Of a DNA stretch of 64,000 nt, positions 41,261-50,290 are shown piece by piece; the first letter of the stretch is position 1, and every line of letters starts with the position of its first letter. The notes beneath the pieces were generated by a model, which worked only from the letters and a program-made list of their open reading frames with translations, had not been told where the DNA came from and made no database searches. The stretch spans positions 800,001-864,000 of the forward strand of contig OY969927.1 in assembly GCA_963704655.1 (NCBI GenBank). The letters are read 5' to 3'. This stretch comes from an uncultured Candidatus Babeliaceae bacterium. GTDB lineage: Bacteria > Babelota > Babeliae > Babelales > Babelaceae. Position numbers and translations under genes: made by a program.

Positions 41261-41288
41261 GATGCCTTTTCCGGATGCGTGTGAAATT

Positions 41289-41714
41289 TTATTTTTGTTT
41301 TGTTTTCATCCAAATAGCTACAATAGCACCTAACGCCAAAAATGTTAGCCCAAGTAAATCATTATTCGTGCTTTGCCTTTGGATTTGAGCTTGCTCTAGA
41401 TGTATTTGTTGCCGATAAGCCCTTTCTTCTTGCTGAAGTCGTTCTTGGTGAGCGATCTCTTCCTGCCGCAATCGTTCTTGGCGGGCAATTTCTTCTTGTT
41501 GCAGCTGCTGTTGATAGGCTATTTCTTGCAATTTTTGTTGGTGCATTAATTCTAATAGTTCGCGTTGTGCGGCCATTTCTCTTTGATGAGCTTGTTCAGC
41601 AGTCTTTTGGCGAGCAAGAGCCTCGAGAGCCTCGCCAATCCCTTTGCCTAGTGCGCTGCCAAAACGCGCTCCCGTACTTTCTGTCGGAGTAAATCCATTA
41701 GAAAAATTTGTCAT
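41289..41714 (-). CDS. Gln/Glu-rich coiled-coil protein with a C-terminal TM helix
   Basis: QEEIARQERL repeats; hydrophobic tail. Confidence 0.65.
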   Translation of the reverse strand: MTNFSNGFTPTESTGARFGSALGKGIGEALEALARQKTAEQAHQREMAAQRELLELMHQQKLQEIAYQQQLQQEEIARQERLRQEEIAHQERLQQEERAYRQQIHLEQAQIQRQSTNNDLLGLTFLALGAIVAIWMKTKQK

Positions 41715-41737
41715 TATATTTCTTTATATTATTTTAA

Positions 41738-41932
41738 TTAGCTTCTTGAATAAGAATTGACGTATTTATACCCATTACTTGGCTTAAAATAACCTTTGGT
41801 ACTTTTAGTTTTAATCCTGCCTGTAGATTTGCTAACTTTTCCAAAGCCATCATACATAGCCTTCTTTGAAAGTAATTGAGTGGTTGAAATAAGGCATATA
41901 ATAGCGAATATTTTTACAAAATAGTGTTTCAT
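41738..41932 (-). CDS. Small basic secreted hypothetical protein
   Basis: Signal-like N-terminus; KGYFKPSNGYKYVNSYSRS. Confidence 0.55.
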   Translation of the reverse strand: MKHYFVKIFAIICLISTTQLLSKKAMYDGFGKVSKSTGRIKTKSTKGYFKPSNGYKYVNSYSRS

Positions 41933-41962
41933 TTGGGTTTTTTCGATTATTGACAGATATTG

Positions 41963-42145
41963 TTATTCTTTTGATTCGACTTCTTTTTCATACAACAGAC
42001 GAATGCCTTCGCAAATAATTGTAGATCGGTCCGTTTTATTGCGATCACGTAGGCGCTTAATGAAGATCTCATCTAAGAGGTGTTCATCGGTTAACGACAT
42101 ATAAACGGTAGTTTTTGCCTTTTTTGGAACTTCCGATTCTTGCAT
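41963..42145 (-). CDS. Ribbon-helix-helix-like regulator
   Basis: KTTVYMS strand followed by two helices (DRSTIICEGIRLL); AAGGA RBS. Confidence 0.65.
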   Translation of the reverse strand: MQESEVPKKAKTTVYMSLTDEHLLDEIFIKRLRDRNKTDRSTIICEGIRLLYEKEVESKE

Positions 42146-42328
42146 ATTTTTCCTTAAATAATGAATTTTCTCTTATCTATAATGGCTCAATTAGAGAAAG
42201 ACGTCAAGTAATTAAACAAGTTAAATGCAAAAACTACTTTACATTATGTCATTTTTTGATAATTTTATAATAAGAAATAAATAATATAGCTTAATTAACA
42301 AAATCCAAAGATTATTGGGGAGGATATT

Positions 42329-44812
42329 TTGTCTACTATTGAAATTGGGATTGATTTAGGAACCACAAATTCCTCTATCGCGGTCATTCAACAAAATGCG
42401 GTACAGGGCATTAAAAATGCTTCAGGGGAAGAAAGTACCCCTTCTGTCATCTACGCTGATAAAAATGGAAACATTGTTGTCGGGTCGAGAGCGAAGAGAA
42501 TTATGAATAATTCCAAAGAAAACCTGCAAAATAGCAAGGCCGAAATCAAGCGTTTGATGGGTACAGCAGAGACTATTTTTTTCCCCAACTTGAATAAAAA
42601 AATGCTTCCCGAAGAAATTTCGGCAGAAATTCTGAAAGTACTTATAAATGATGCTAAGAGGAAGTACCCAGGGCTGCTTTTAGATGCGGCTGTGATTACG
42701 GTCCCTGCTTATTTTTCTACTGTGCAATCTGAGGCGACGAAAAGAGCTGGAGTTTTAGCGGGTTTGAGGCAAGTAGTTCTTCTTCAGGAACCAATTGCCG
42801 CAGCAATCGCATATGGTTTTCTTAATCAGAAGAACGAAAATTGGCTTGTATATGACCTAGGTGGCGGTACTTTTGATGTTGCTCTCGTAGCATTGCGTGA
42901 TGGATTTCTTACAGTTCTTGCCCATGCGGGAGATAATTTTCTCGGTGGTAAAGACTTCGACGCTGCGATCATACAAAATTTAATTCTTCCATCTCTTTCT
43001 ACCAAAGGTATCGTTTTAGATCCGTCAACTCACTCAGAAATCTTTAGTTACTTGAAAGAACTTGCTGAATTAGCAAAAATTGAACTTACCACGTGCGAAA
43101 GGACAACTATCGATATCGATGTCCAAGTAAATCAAGCCCAGGTCGAGCATTCTATTGAAATAACAAGGACAGATCTGCTGGAAAGCTGCAAACATTTGCT
43201 TGAAAAAACGGTCGACCTTTGCAAGAAGACAATCAGTGACGCCAATGTGGATCCAGCAACAGTTCAAAGAATTGTTCTTGTCGGTGGGCCGACACAAATG
43301 CCAATCTTACAAACTTTTTTGAAAAATTCCTTGCGAATCAATGTAGATGGAGGTTTAGATCCTCTACTAGTGGTTGCAAAAGGTGCTGCTATGTTCGGCA
43401 ATCAAACAGTAATCACTACCCCTGAAGGACAAGGGGATATCGACATATCAAACGTTTCCTGCCAGCTCGAAGTAAATTACAATCCAGTAACATCCGATGA
43501 TGAACAAATTGTCACAGGCAAGGTTTTGCGCATCACTGGTGCATCTCAGCCATATTCAGTTCAGTTTGCAAGCTCTGATGACTCCTTTGCGTCTGAAGAG
43601 ATTCTTATTAAAAATGGCAAATTTATACTGACGCTTCCTACAGGCAAAAAAGGTACATCATATTGGATTTATGTTAAAGACAATGATGGTCAGCTGATTA
43701 CTTCAGCTCCTGAAAGCATTCAAATTAATAGAGGCATTTCTATCATGGGAGCCCCCCTTCCTTATTCAATTGGCGTATCCGTGATTTCTCTTTCTTCCCA
43801 CAAAGGTTATGCTGATCCGACCGAGACAATAGAATTCTTTTTTTCTAAAAATAGCATTTTGCCCCTTAAAGAAAAAAAACGCTTTTATACTCTTGCCGAT
43901 TTAAGAGCAGGATCCTCCGAAAATGCTCTCCCTATTTGCATTTATGAAGGCGAATCTCTTATCACAAATCGAAATACTTTAGTCTGCCATTTGGCAATCA
44001 CAGGAAAAGCAATTTCTAAAGATTTGAAAAGAGGCACCCCGGTCGACATCACAATTGAAGTTAATGAATCAAGAGAGTTGAGTGTGATGGCCTATCTTCC
44101 GGATTCTGATATTACCCTTAATGCAAGAGAAACTTTGTATTTTGATGCTGCTAAAATTGACGAGGTAAAGAAGGATTTTACAGAGCAGGTAACACGCTCA
44201 GAATCCATAGCTGCATCTGCAGGGCCAATAAATGAAACCAATGGCATCAAGAATATGATTAAAGATATTCAATCTACTATCGATGACTCAGGATCAGACT
44301 CAGATCAGCAAAGAAAGGCAGAAAAACAAGTAAAAGACTTGATGATGGCCCTTGATCGAATTGAGGCGAAAACAAAATTTAATAGCAATGTTGCTACTTT
44401 CTGGCAAGAATGCCAGGAGCTCACTGATTATCTGGAAGATTGTAATCCGCCTGATAAACGCACCGAATACGAAGCCACATATAATACTCTTCGTAAAGAA
44501 GGATTAATGGCTATATCTAAAGAAGATGCGATATTATTAGAGCATATTGTTCAAAAATTGAGTCGACTTAATTTCAGATGTGTGTATAACGATGTTCGTT
44601 ATCTGACCTCATGGATTAAAGATTTAATAAAACAGGTGCAGGAAAAGGCCCATCTCCATCCTACTCTTCCAGACTTAATCAACAGAGCCAAAGATGCCCT
44701 AGCTAAATTAAATGTAAAAGAGATGCAGGAGCTTATTCATGCGCTTGATCCATTTACGGAGGAAGAAGGAAAGCATCAGGTTCGATTTGTGAAGTCGGGA
44801 ATTACGTTATGA
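42329..44812 (+). CDS. Divergent, extended Hsp70-family protein (not the housekeeping DnaK)
   Basis: IGIDLGTTNS, AVITVPAYF, EPIAAA, DLGGGTFD, LGGKDFD, LVGGPT; ~110-aa insert before an SBD-like region; TTG start with GGGGAGG RBS. Confidence 0.9.
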   Translation: MSTIEIGIDLGTTNSSIAVIQQNAVQGIKNASGEESTPSVIYADKNGNIVVGSRAKRIMNNSKENLQNSKAEIKRLMGTAETIFFPNLNKKMLPEEISAEILKVLINDAKRKYPGLLLDAAVITVPAYFSTVQSEATKRAGVLAGLRQVVLLQEPIAAAIAYGFLNQKNENWLVYDLGGGTFDVALVALRDGFLTVLAHAGDNFLGGKDFDAAIIQNLILPSLSTKGIVLDPSTHSEIFSYLKELAELAKIELTTCERTTIDIDVQVNQAQVEHSIEITRTDLLESCKHLLEKTVDLCKKTISDANVDPATVQRIVLVGGPTQMPILQTFLKNSLRINVDGGLDPLLVVAKGAAMFGNQTVITTPEGQGDIDISNVSCQLEVNYNPVTSDDEQIVTGKVLRITGASQPYSVQFASSDDSFASEEILIKNGKFILTLPTGKKGTSYWIYVKDNDGQLITSAPESIQINRGISIMGAPLPYSIGVSVISLSSHKGYADPTETIEFFFSKNSILPLKEKKRFYTLADLRAGSSENALPICIYEGESLITNRNTLVCHLAITGKAISKDLKRGTPVDITIEVNESRELSVMAYLPDSDITLNARETLYFDAAKIDEVKKDFTEQVTRSESIAASAGPINETNGIKNMIKDIQSTIDDSGSDSDQQRKAEKQVKDLMMALDRIEAKTKFNSNVATFWQECQELTDYLEDCNPPDKRTEYEATYNTLRKEGLMAISKEDAILLEHIVQKLSRLNFRCVYNDVRYLTSWIKDLIKQVQEKAHLHPTLPDLINRAKDALAKLNVKEMQELIHALDPFTEEEGKHQVRFVKSGITL

Positions 44813-46626
44813 ACATCCAGCTACCGCAGGTTTTGATTAGAAATTCATTCAATATACTAGGCCTTTCTTCTTCTGCTACTTTAAAGGAAATTAGAAAAAG
44901 AACTCAGCAACTTTTACAACTTGCAAAAATTGAAGAGATGCAAAAGTTTGATGCTGATATCGGGCATGTCTGTGAATTTCGAAATGAGAACGAAGTTCGG
45001 CTTGCAATGGAAAGAACATCGAGCGTCAAGGAACGCCTACGGGAAACCTTTTTTTGGTTCGATGACCATAATATAGAAAATCAGAAAGCCATTGCCCTTA
45101 TTTCGCAAGAGAATTATCGTGAAGCTATAGCTATCCTCGAAAAAACGAATGCTGCAAGCATGGATTGGTTAGAGCATAAGAACTTAGCCCTGGCTTTGAT
45201 TTTCCAAGCCTTTGCTTCCTCGGATCTTAGTAGTTTTAGTCACTCATTAGAGTTATGGAAACGAATCGTAGAGTCTGAAGTTTTTTGGAAGTTCTATGAA
45301 AAAAATTATATGCTTCATGATGAGTTTGGAACGTCTACATTCTTATTTCAGGAATTTAGAAGCTCAATTTACGAATCTTTATCCGCAATGACAGTTTCTT
45401 TCTATCATCAAACTAAAAATCCTGAAGCCATAGGCATTTATTTTTCTGAATTCGGTCAAATAGAAAAATCTATAGACTGTGAGGTTATTCAGCCAATCGT
45501 GACTAAGATTAAAAAAGAAATAGAAGACTTAGAAAAAATAGCTTCAGAATCGAGCAGCGATGCGAGCTTGATAAAGCAGGCTCTAGAAAAAATTCATAAA
45601 TACTTTGTGAAACTGGATCAATTTAAACTCTTCGAATATTCGCCATTAACTATCCTAAAAAATGACTCTGCTGAAAAATTACGATCTATTTCTATTGATA
45701 TCTATAATCAGAGTGAGAATGCTGAGTTAGCCTCATTGTTCCTTGATCAAAGTGCAGAGCTTGCTATTTCTGATGTAATTGTAAGAAAGATTGAGTCTGA
45801 CAAAAAAGTGATAAAAAACAATGAATTATGGGAGGCAATTTCTACCAGGTTCAATCGAATAAAAGAATTAATCGCAGAGAAAAAAATCGAAGAAGCTAAA
45901 AGTGTTTATTACGATTTGGACAATGAACTGGCTAGGCAAAATAACGGGTCATCTAAAGATACTAGAATCGTTCTGCTTATTCGCCTTTGCTATCAATTGA
46001 TGGGGAAGGGACATGAACTTTTCAATAAAAAAAAGTTTGGTATCAAGATTCTTGCGATTGGCGCTTTTTTAAATCGGCAAAATCATAAAGATGCGATACA
46101 TATTTTTGAGTATGTAATTGAAATATTGATGAATAAAATCTCTATATTAAGTTTTATAGATATTTACAATGACAGATCTTATCTCTTAAAAGAAATAGAA
46201 AATATATCAAACTCTCTAGAAAATTGTGAACTTTCTGATTTAATAAATGAACATGAACCGTACTTAAAATCACTAGAAATGTTTGCCGATGGGCAAGAGA
46301 ATGAGGATACGCAAGCTGTAATACATGTGCTAGGTTTTGCCATATACTTTAGCATTTTGTATCGCAGGATTCGTGGTATTATGCAAAGAAAAATGTGGCA
46401 ATGGGTAGCTTGTGGAACGGTAATTGCCTTCTATTTCTTAGTAATTATGAATAATGACAAGTGCGAATCAAAAATTGAGAAAGCTTTAACCTACGAAGAA
46501 AAAAGTATTATTGAATATTTGCAGGAAAATAGCCCGGAAGTACTTAAGAATATTAGAAGGGAGGGTTATTCTGATAAACAGATAGCCCAATATGCTTTAG
46601 ACCAAATAGCGAATGAGAAAAAATGA
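44809..46626 (+). CDS. Helical protein with an N-terminal J-domain-like segment and a C-terminal TM helix
   Basis: NSFNILGLSSSATLKEIRKR resembles J helices I-II but has no HPD; WQWVACGTVIAFYFLVIM TM segment. Confidence 0.7.
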   Translation: MNIQLPQVLIRNSFNILGLSSSATLKEIRKRTQQLLQLAKIEEMQKFDADIGHVCEFRNENEVRLAMERTSSVKERLRETFFWFDDHNIENQKAIALISQENYREAIAILEKTNAASMDWLEHKNLALALIFQAFASSDLSSFSHSLELWKRIVESEVFWKFYEKNYMLHDEFGTSTFLFQEFRSSIYESLSAMTVSFYHQTKNPEAIGIYFSEFGQIEKSIDCEVIQPIVTKIKKEIEDLEKIASESSSDASLIKQALEKIHKYFVKLDQFKLFEYSPLTILKNDSAEKLRSISIDIYNQSENAELASLFLDQSAELAISDVIVRKIESDKKVIKNNELWEAISTRFNRIKELIAEKKIEEAKSVYYDLDNELARQNNGSSKDTRIVLLIRLCYQLMGKGHELFNKKKFGIKILAIGAFLNRQNHKDAIHIFEYVIEILMNKISILSFIDIYNDRSYLLKEIENISNSLENCELSDLINEHEPYLKSLEMFADGQENEDTQAVIHVLGFAIYFSILYRRIRGIMQRKMWQWVACGTVIAFYFLVIMNNDKCESKIEKALTYEEKSIIEYLQENSPEVLKNIRREGYSDKQIAQYALDQIANEKK

Positions 46627-47696
46627 TAAAATTTGCCAAACCATCATTTCCGCCTGGATGGATTTTGCCTGACGGAGCGAAGATTTTAAAAAGAATCGAT
46701 AAGCAAGAATTTGCTGAAGTGTTTGAGCTGAATACCGGAGAGTATCTTTATTTATTTCATGAAGAAAAAATTGCAAAAAAACTCAAAAGCCGCGGAATTT
46801 CACATGAAATCTATTTTATTAGCGGTGCAAAAGCTATTGGGAAAAAATATTCTGACCATAAAGATGGTGATCTTCCAGAAAGGTTGAAAAATATTATCCA
46901 AAGAAGAGGGCTAGATGCTATTGCAGGTATGACTGCACTTAAGAACACTTTAGTTAGAGATGTTATTCAGCCGTTTCTAAACTGGGAGGCATATGAAAAA
47001 TATGGCGTTACCCCATCTAATGGTATTCTTTTATTCGGCCCTCCTGGTTGCGGTAAAACATTTATAGCAAAAAAACTTGCAGAGGCAATGAAAGCTGAGC
47101 TTATTGAATTGAGCGAGGGAACCGTTGGTAGCCCTTATATTCATGCAACCTCCACAAACATTGTGCAGGCGTTTCAAAAAGCTGCGATGGTAGCTCCATC
47201 TGTACTCTTTGTAGATGAAATTTCAGGATTAATGCCAAGAAGAGATGGACTATCTTCACAAGAGCAATACAGAGAAGCAGAAATCAGCGAATTTTTGATG
47301 CAGATGGAAAGCAGTGTAAAGAATAAAGTCCTAGTAGTTGCAGCAACTAATTTCCCAGAGAAAATCGATCCGGCAATTTTACGTTCTGGGCGAATGGATA
47401 AAAGAATCTTTATCTCACCCCCTGATGCAGAAGCAAGATGCGAATTATTGCACCTGTTTTTAGAAGAAAGACCCATTGATAAAGAAATCGACTTTGAAGA
47501 ACTTGCCAGGATCACAGAAGGGCTAATTTCTTCTGACCTAAAATTAATAGCTAACAATGCTGCCCTGAAGGCGCTACATAAGAATGCATTAATTTCTATG
47601 GAGTTATTAGCAGAAGAAGCTTCACAGTTTAAGCCATCCTTAACTCAAACTGAACTAAATCGATATCGTGAATTCGAAGGCTACAATAGAGGTTAA
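46623..47696 (+). CDS. AAA+ ATPase (classic CDC48/FtsH clade, single module)
   Basis: GPPGCGKT, LFVDE, ATNFPEKIDPAILRSGRMD second region of homology. Confidence 0.93.
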   Translation: MIKFAKPSFPPGWILPDGAKILKRIDKQEFAEVFELNTGEYLYLFHEEKIAKKLKSRGISHEIYFISGAKAIGKKYSDHKDGDLPERLKNIIQRRGLDAIAGMTALKNTLVRDVIQPFLNWEAYEKYGVTPSNGILLFGPPGCGKTFIAKKLAEAMKAELIELSEGTVGSPYIHATSTNIVQAFQKAAMVAPSVLFVDEISGLMPRRDGLSSQEQYREAEISEFLMQMESSVKNKVLVVAATNFPEKIDPAILRSGRMDKRIFISPPDAEARCELLHLFLEERPIDKEIDFEELARITEGLISSDLKLIANNAALKALHKNALISMELLAEEASQFKPSLTQTELNRYREFEGYNRG

Positions 47697-48045
47697 AATC
47701 TTTTTTATTAATAATAACGACGGAGTGCTTCTGCGCATGTTGAAATTTAATGATAACTTTAATTCAGAGGCATTTTAATTCAGACAAAAGTGATAAAGCA
47801 TCTAAAAATCGTTTAAATATACAGCCCAATATTAAGTTAAAATAAATATCTTTTTCGTTATTAAGGCAAAGAACTTAATTATGATAATTTTGTAAATGCT
47901 TTAATACGTTGGTATTTCGTTATTGATATATTGCATAAATCCATCTATACGCGGAGATCTCTTCCTTTTTGGGATTTTGCTTGCATTTCTTTTTAACGAC
48001 AAGATAAGGTAAAAAAATAAATAGAACTTATACACGAGAAGAATA

Positions 48046-48144
48046 ATGGATTATGAAACTCTTCAATCGCTTGCTACCTTTACGTTTTTTTTATCAGTTT
48101 ATAATTGGTTTAAAATATGTAAGTGCAAATGTGAGCGAAAATAA
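48046..48144 (+). CDS. Putative 32-aa hydrophobic/basic peptide (not in the ORF track)
   Basis: MDYETLQSLATFTFFLSVYNWFKICKCKCERK with a purine-rich RBS. Confidence 0.35.
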   Translation: MDYETLQSLATFTFFLSVYNWFKICKCKCERK

Positions 48145-48156
48145 AGAGGTATCAAA

Positions 48157-48378
48157 ATGATGGGCGCTGTTTTAGAAATTCTATCAATGATAGTATTTTT
48201 TTCTGTATTCCCATTAACTTTTTATTTAATTTTCTATGTGGTTACTAAGATTGGAAAAAATAAGATAGTAACAGATGAAAAGACCAACCAACACAATCAA
48301 TTGGTTAACCTGCTTCAAACGATTATCTGGCTCCTAATTGTTTGCATAGTGCTTTTAATTACTCGATGGCACTATTAG
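48157..48378 (+). CDS. Small two-TM membrane protein
   Basis: GAGGT RBS; two hydrophobic helices. Confidence 0.6.
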   Translation: MMGAVLEILSMIVFFSVFPLTFYLIFYVVTKIGKNKIVTDEKTNQHNQLVNLLQTIIWLLIVCIVLLITRWHY

Positions 48379-48414
48379 ATTTTTCTTTACTCAATCTCGC
48401 TGTATGGCACTTCA

Positions 48415-48816
48415 TCACATATATTTTGGGATTTCTACAACAACAACTTTGGTTTCCCCTTTATTTTCTGATTTATCCCTTAAGTTCATCAACCACTTAC
48501 GATATTTGGGGTCATACAAAGGCATTGTATGCAGAACTATCTGCTTATCTAACACCCCTTCTTGAGCAAGGCGTTCACGTCTTGAGCCTATTAATGTTAA
48601 GGCTATATCGTAAGCTTTGGCAAAGTATTCTGAGTTAGCTGGCAAATCATGAAAGATTTTTGGTGACATCATAATGCTAATTGGGAATTCATCTAAGGTA
48701 AGCGCATCTGGGTTCTTCGCCCATTCGGCAAACTCATCTGCCAATTTTTGATACTCTTCTTCACTTGTAGGTGCTGTACGAAATTTGAGCAATTTATTTT
48801 TTTTAGAAGCTGCCAT
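48415..48816 (-). CDS. Phage-type protein, possible terminase small subunit
   Basis: Helical ~130 aa with AYDIALTLIGSRRE; overlaps the HGGxSTG gene; AGGAG RBS. Confidence 0.45.
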   Translation of the reverse strand: MAASKKNKLLKFRTAPTSEEEYQKLADEFAEWAKNPDALTLDEFPISIMMSPKIFHDLPANSEYFAKAYDIALTLIGSRRERLAQEGVLDKQIVLHTMPLYDPKYRKWLMNLRDKSENKGETKVVVVEIPKYM

Positions 48817-49069
48817 ATGATATCTCCTGGCTATAGATTAAATCTTTTAGTGTTCTGTGGCTTTTTCGTATCTCGCTAATTAAGCTACGGTTATGTGTCC
48901 GTTCCGCCTTTGCAACTTTGGTTTTATGGCCATGCTTTTTGGGTATCGCTCCCCCATGGTAATAGCATCTGCCATTTTTCATAGCTGCTTGACGGCACGA
49001 TAAACCGAAATTACTTCTTGCTTTAGCACCGCATCTTGGAAGCGATTTAAAATTCATCTTGAAGCGCAT
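48803..49069 (-). CDS. HGGxSTG-domain (Zn-finger) protein
   Basis: RCGAKARS...CRQAAMKNGRCYYHGG. Confidence 0.8.
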   Translation of the reverse strand: MRFKMNFKSLPRCGAKARSNFGLSCRQAAMKNGRCYYHGGAIPKKHGHKTKVAKAERTHNRSLISEIRKSHRTLKDLIYSQEISYGSF

Positions 49070-49152
49070 AAAATATCTTTCGTAACTGTTTTATATGAAA
49101 ACGACGAGAATTTTTTCTCGTCGTTATAAAGCTATTTTAGAATGTATAAAAA

Positions 49153-49500
49153 TTATTCTCCCAACAAACCGTGATCTTTGAGCTCTTTAATAGCATCAGG
49201 AGAGTCTTGCAAAAGCGTTTGAATTAATTGCGGTTTTCTCATTTGCATCATTGTCGCCATCATAGGATTTTTAAGATACTGGCTATAATCATATAATGCC
49301 AATTCAACTGCATTGCTAACGCCTAAAGCTTCCTTTTGTTGCCCAGCCAAGTTTTTAACAATGTCTGTTTTTTCAATAAAATGGTCAAAGCCAGCTTGTT
49401 GTAATCGAGCTGTTAAGACCTTAGCTTCTGGTAAAGTTATCAAAACTGCTTGAAGCGAAGCTCCAGTAACTAGTAAACTTAAAAACAAAAGTTTTTTCAT
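49153..49500 (-). CDS. Secreted hypothetical protein
   Basis: Start at MKKLLFLSLLVTGASLQA behind an AAGGA RBS. Confidence 0.7.
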   Translation of the reverse strand: MKKLLFLSLLVTGASLQAVLITLPEAKVLTARLQQAGFDHFIEKTDIVKNLAGQQKEALGVSNAVELALYDYSQYLKNPMMATMMQMRKPQLIQTLLQDSPDAIKELKDHGLLGE

Positions 49501-49591
49501 AATATTCCTTTGTAGATTGGTTTGTTTTAATTTAAGACTTTCTAAAGAAATTATAGAATGAATACCAAAAAATATCAAAGAAGCGCATGGG

Positions 49592-50044
49592 CTATTCTCC
49601 ATTTTTAGATTTGCCCCCTACTTGAACCATCGCATTAAGCACAGCGTTGCCCTCAGAATGCACGTTGTAGTTAACGTTAATAGTTTGACTCTTGCCACGG
49701 TACTGTTGAAGTGTATTAAGAGCCTGGTGGCTAAGTCTTATCATCATCATTCCCTGCCCTATAATGTTGTAATTATCTTCTTCAATAATGGACATGGCCT
49801 TTAAGTGAAGCGCGACATATTGTGCAGCAAGTATAGACTCAACAGTATCTTTGGGATTAATACCTCGTATTAAGGCAATAACCGCATCAACATCCTTTGC
49901 TGAAGGATCATAAATAGACGGGCCATAGATCATGAGCATTGCACGATTTACAAGCAGCCTTGCCGCATCTTGATTATCGCAGTTTATAGCTTCAACAAGA
50001 AGTGAAATTTGACTTGGCAACGATATTTTTTTTGTTTTCGCCAT
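49592..50044 (-). CDS. Satellite/prophage hypothetical protein of the type found beside HGGxSTG genes
   Basis: INPKDTVESILAAQYVALH...LQQYRGKSQTINVN.NVHSEGNAV. Confidence 0.65.
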   Translation of the reverse strand: MAKTKKISLPSQISLLVEAINCDNQDAARLLVNRAMLMIYGPSIYDPSAKDVDAVIALIRGINPKDTVESILAAQYVALHLKAMSIIEEDNYNIIGQGMMMIRLSHQALNTLQQYRGKSQTINVNYNVHSEGNAVLNAMVQVGGKSKNGE

Positions 50045-50055
50045 GGATATTCCTC

Positions 50056-50290
50056 GGTTGAAAGGTTGAACGACTTCATTATCATGTTCAAATTATAATT
50101 CTAGCTCTAGGTCGATGGATTGCTGTCGATAAAAGGCTTGGTTGAAGGGTTGATAAATCTTATTACTCATTTTAAGTATCGATCTTGATCAACCCTTCAG
50201 TTTTAATTATTCATTATTAAATAAATATAGCCTATAGGATGTTTTTTAGGTTGAAACTACATTTCAACTTTTTTCAACAACTTCAACTAT
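50056..50290. repeat. GTTGAA/TTCAAC iteron-like cluster, putative element origin
   Basis: GGTTGAA at 50056, 50064, 50140 and 50249; GGTTGAT at 50148; TTCAAC at 50263, 50273 and 50282; AT-rich core. Confidence 0.55.

Noticed and set aside
42329-44812. Housekeeping dnaK
   Set aside because: Too long, lacks the conserved linker, has no grpE or canonical dnaJ, and lies inside a mobile element.
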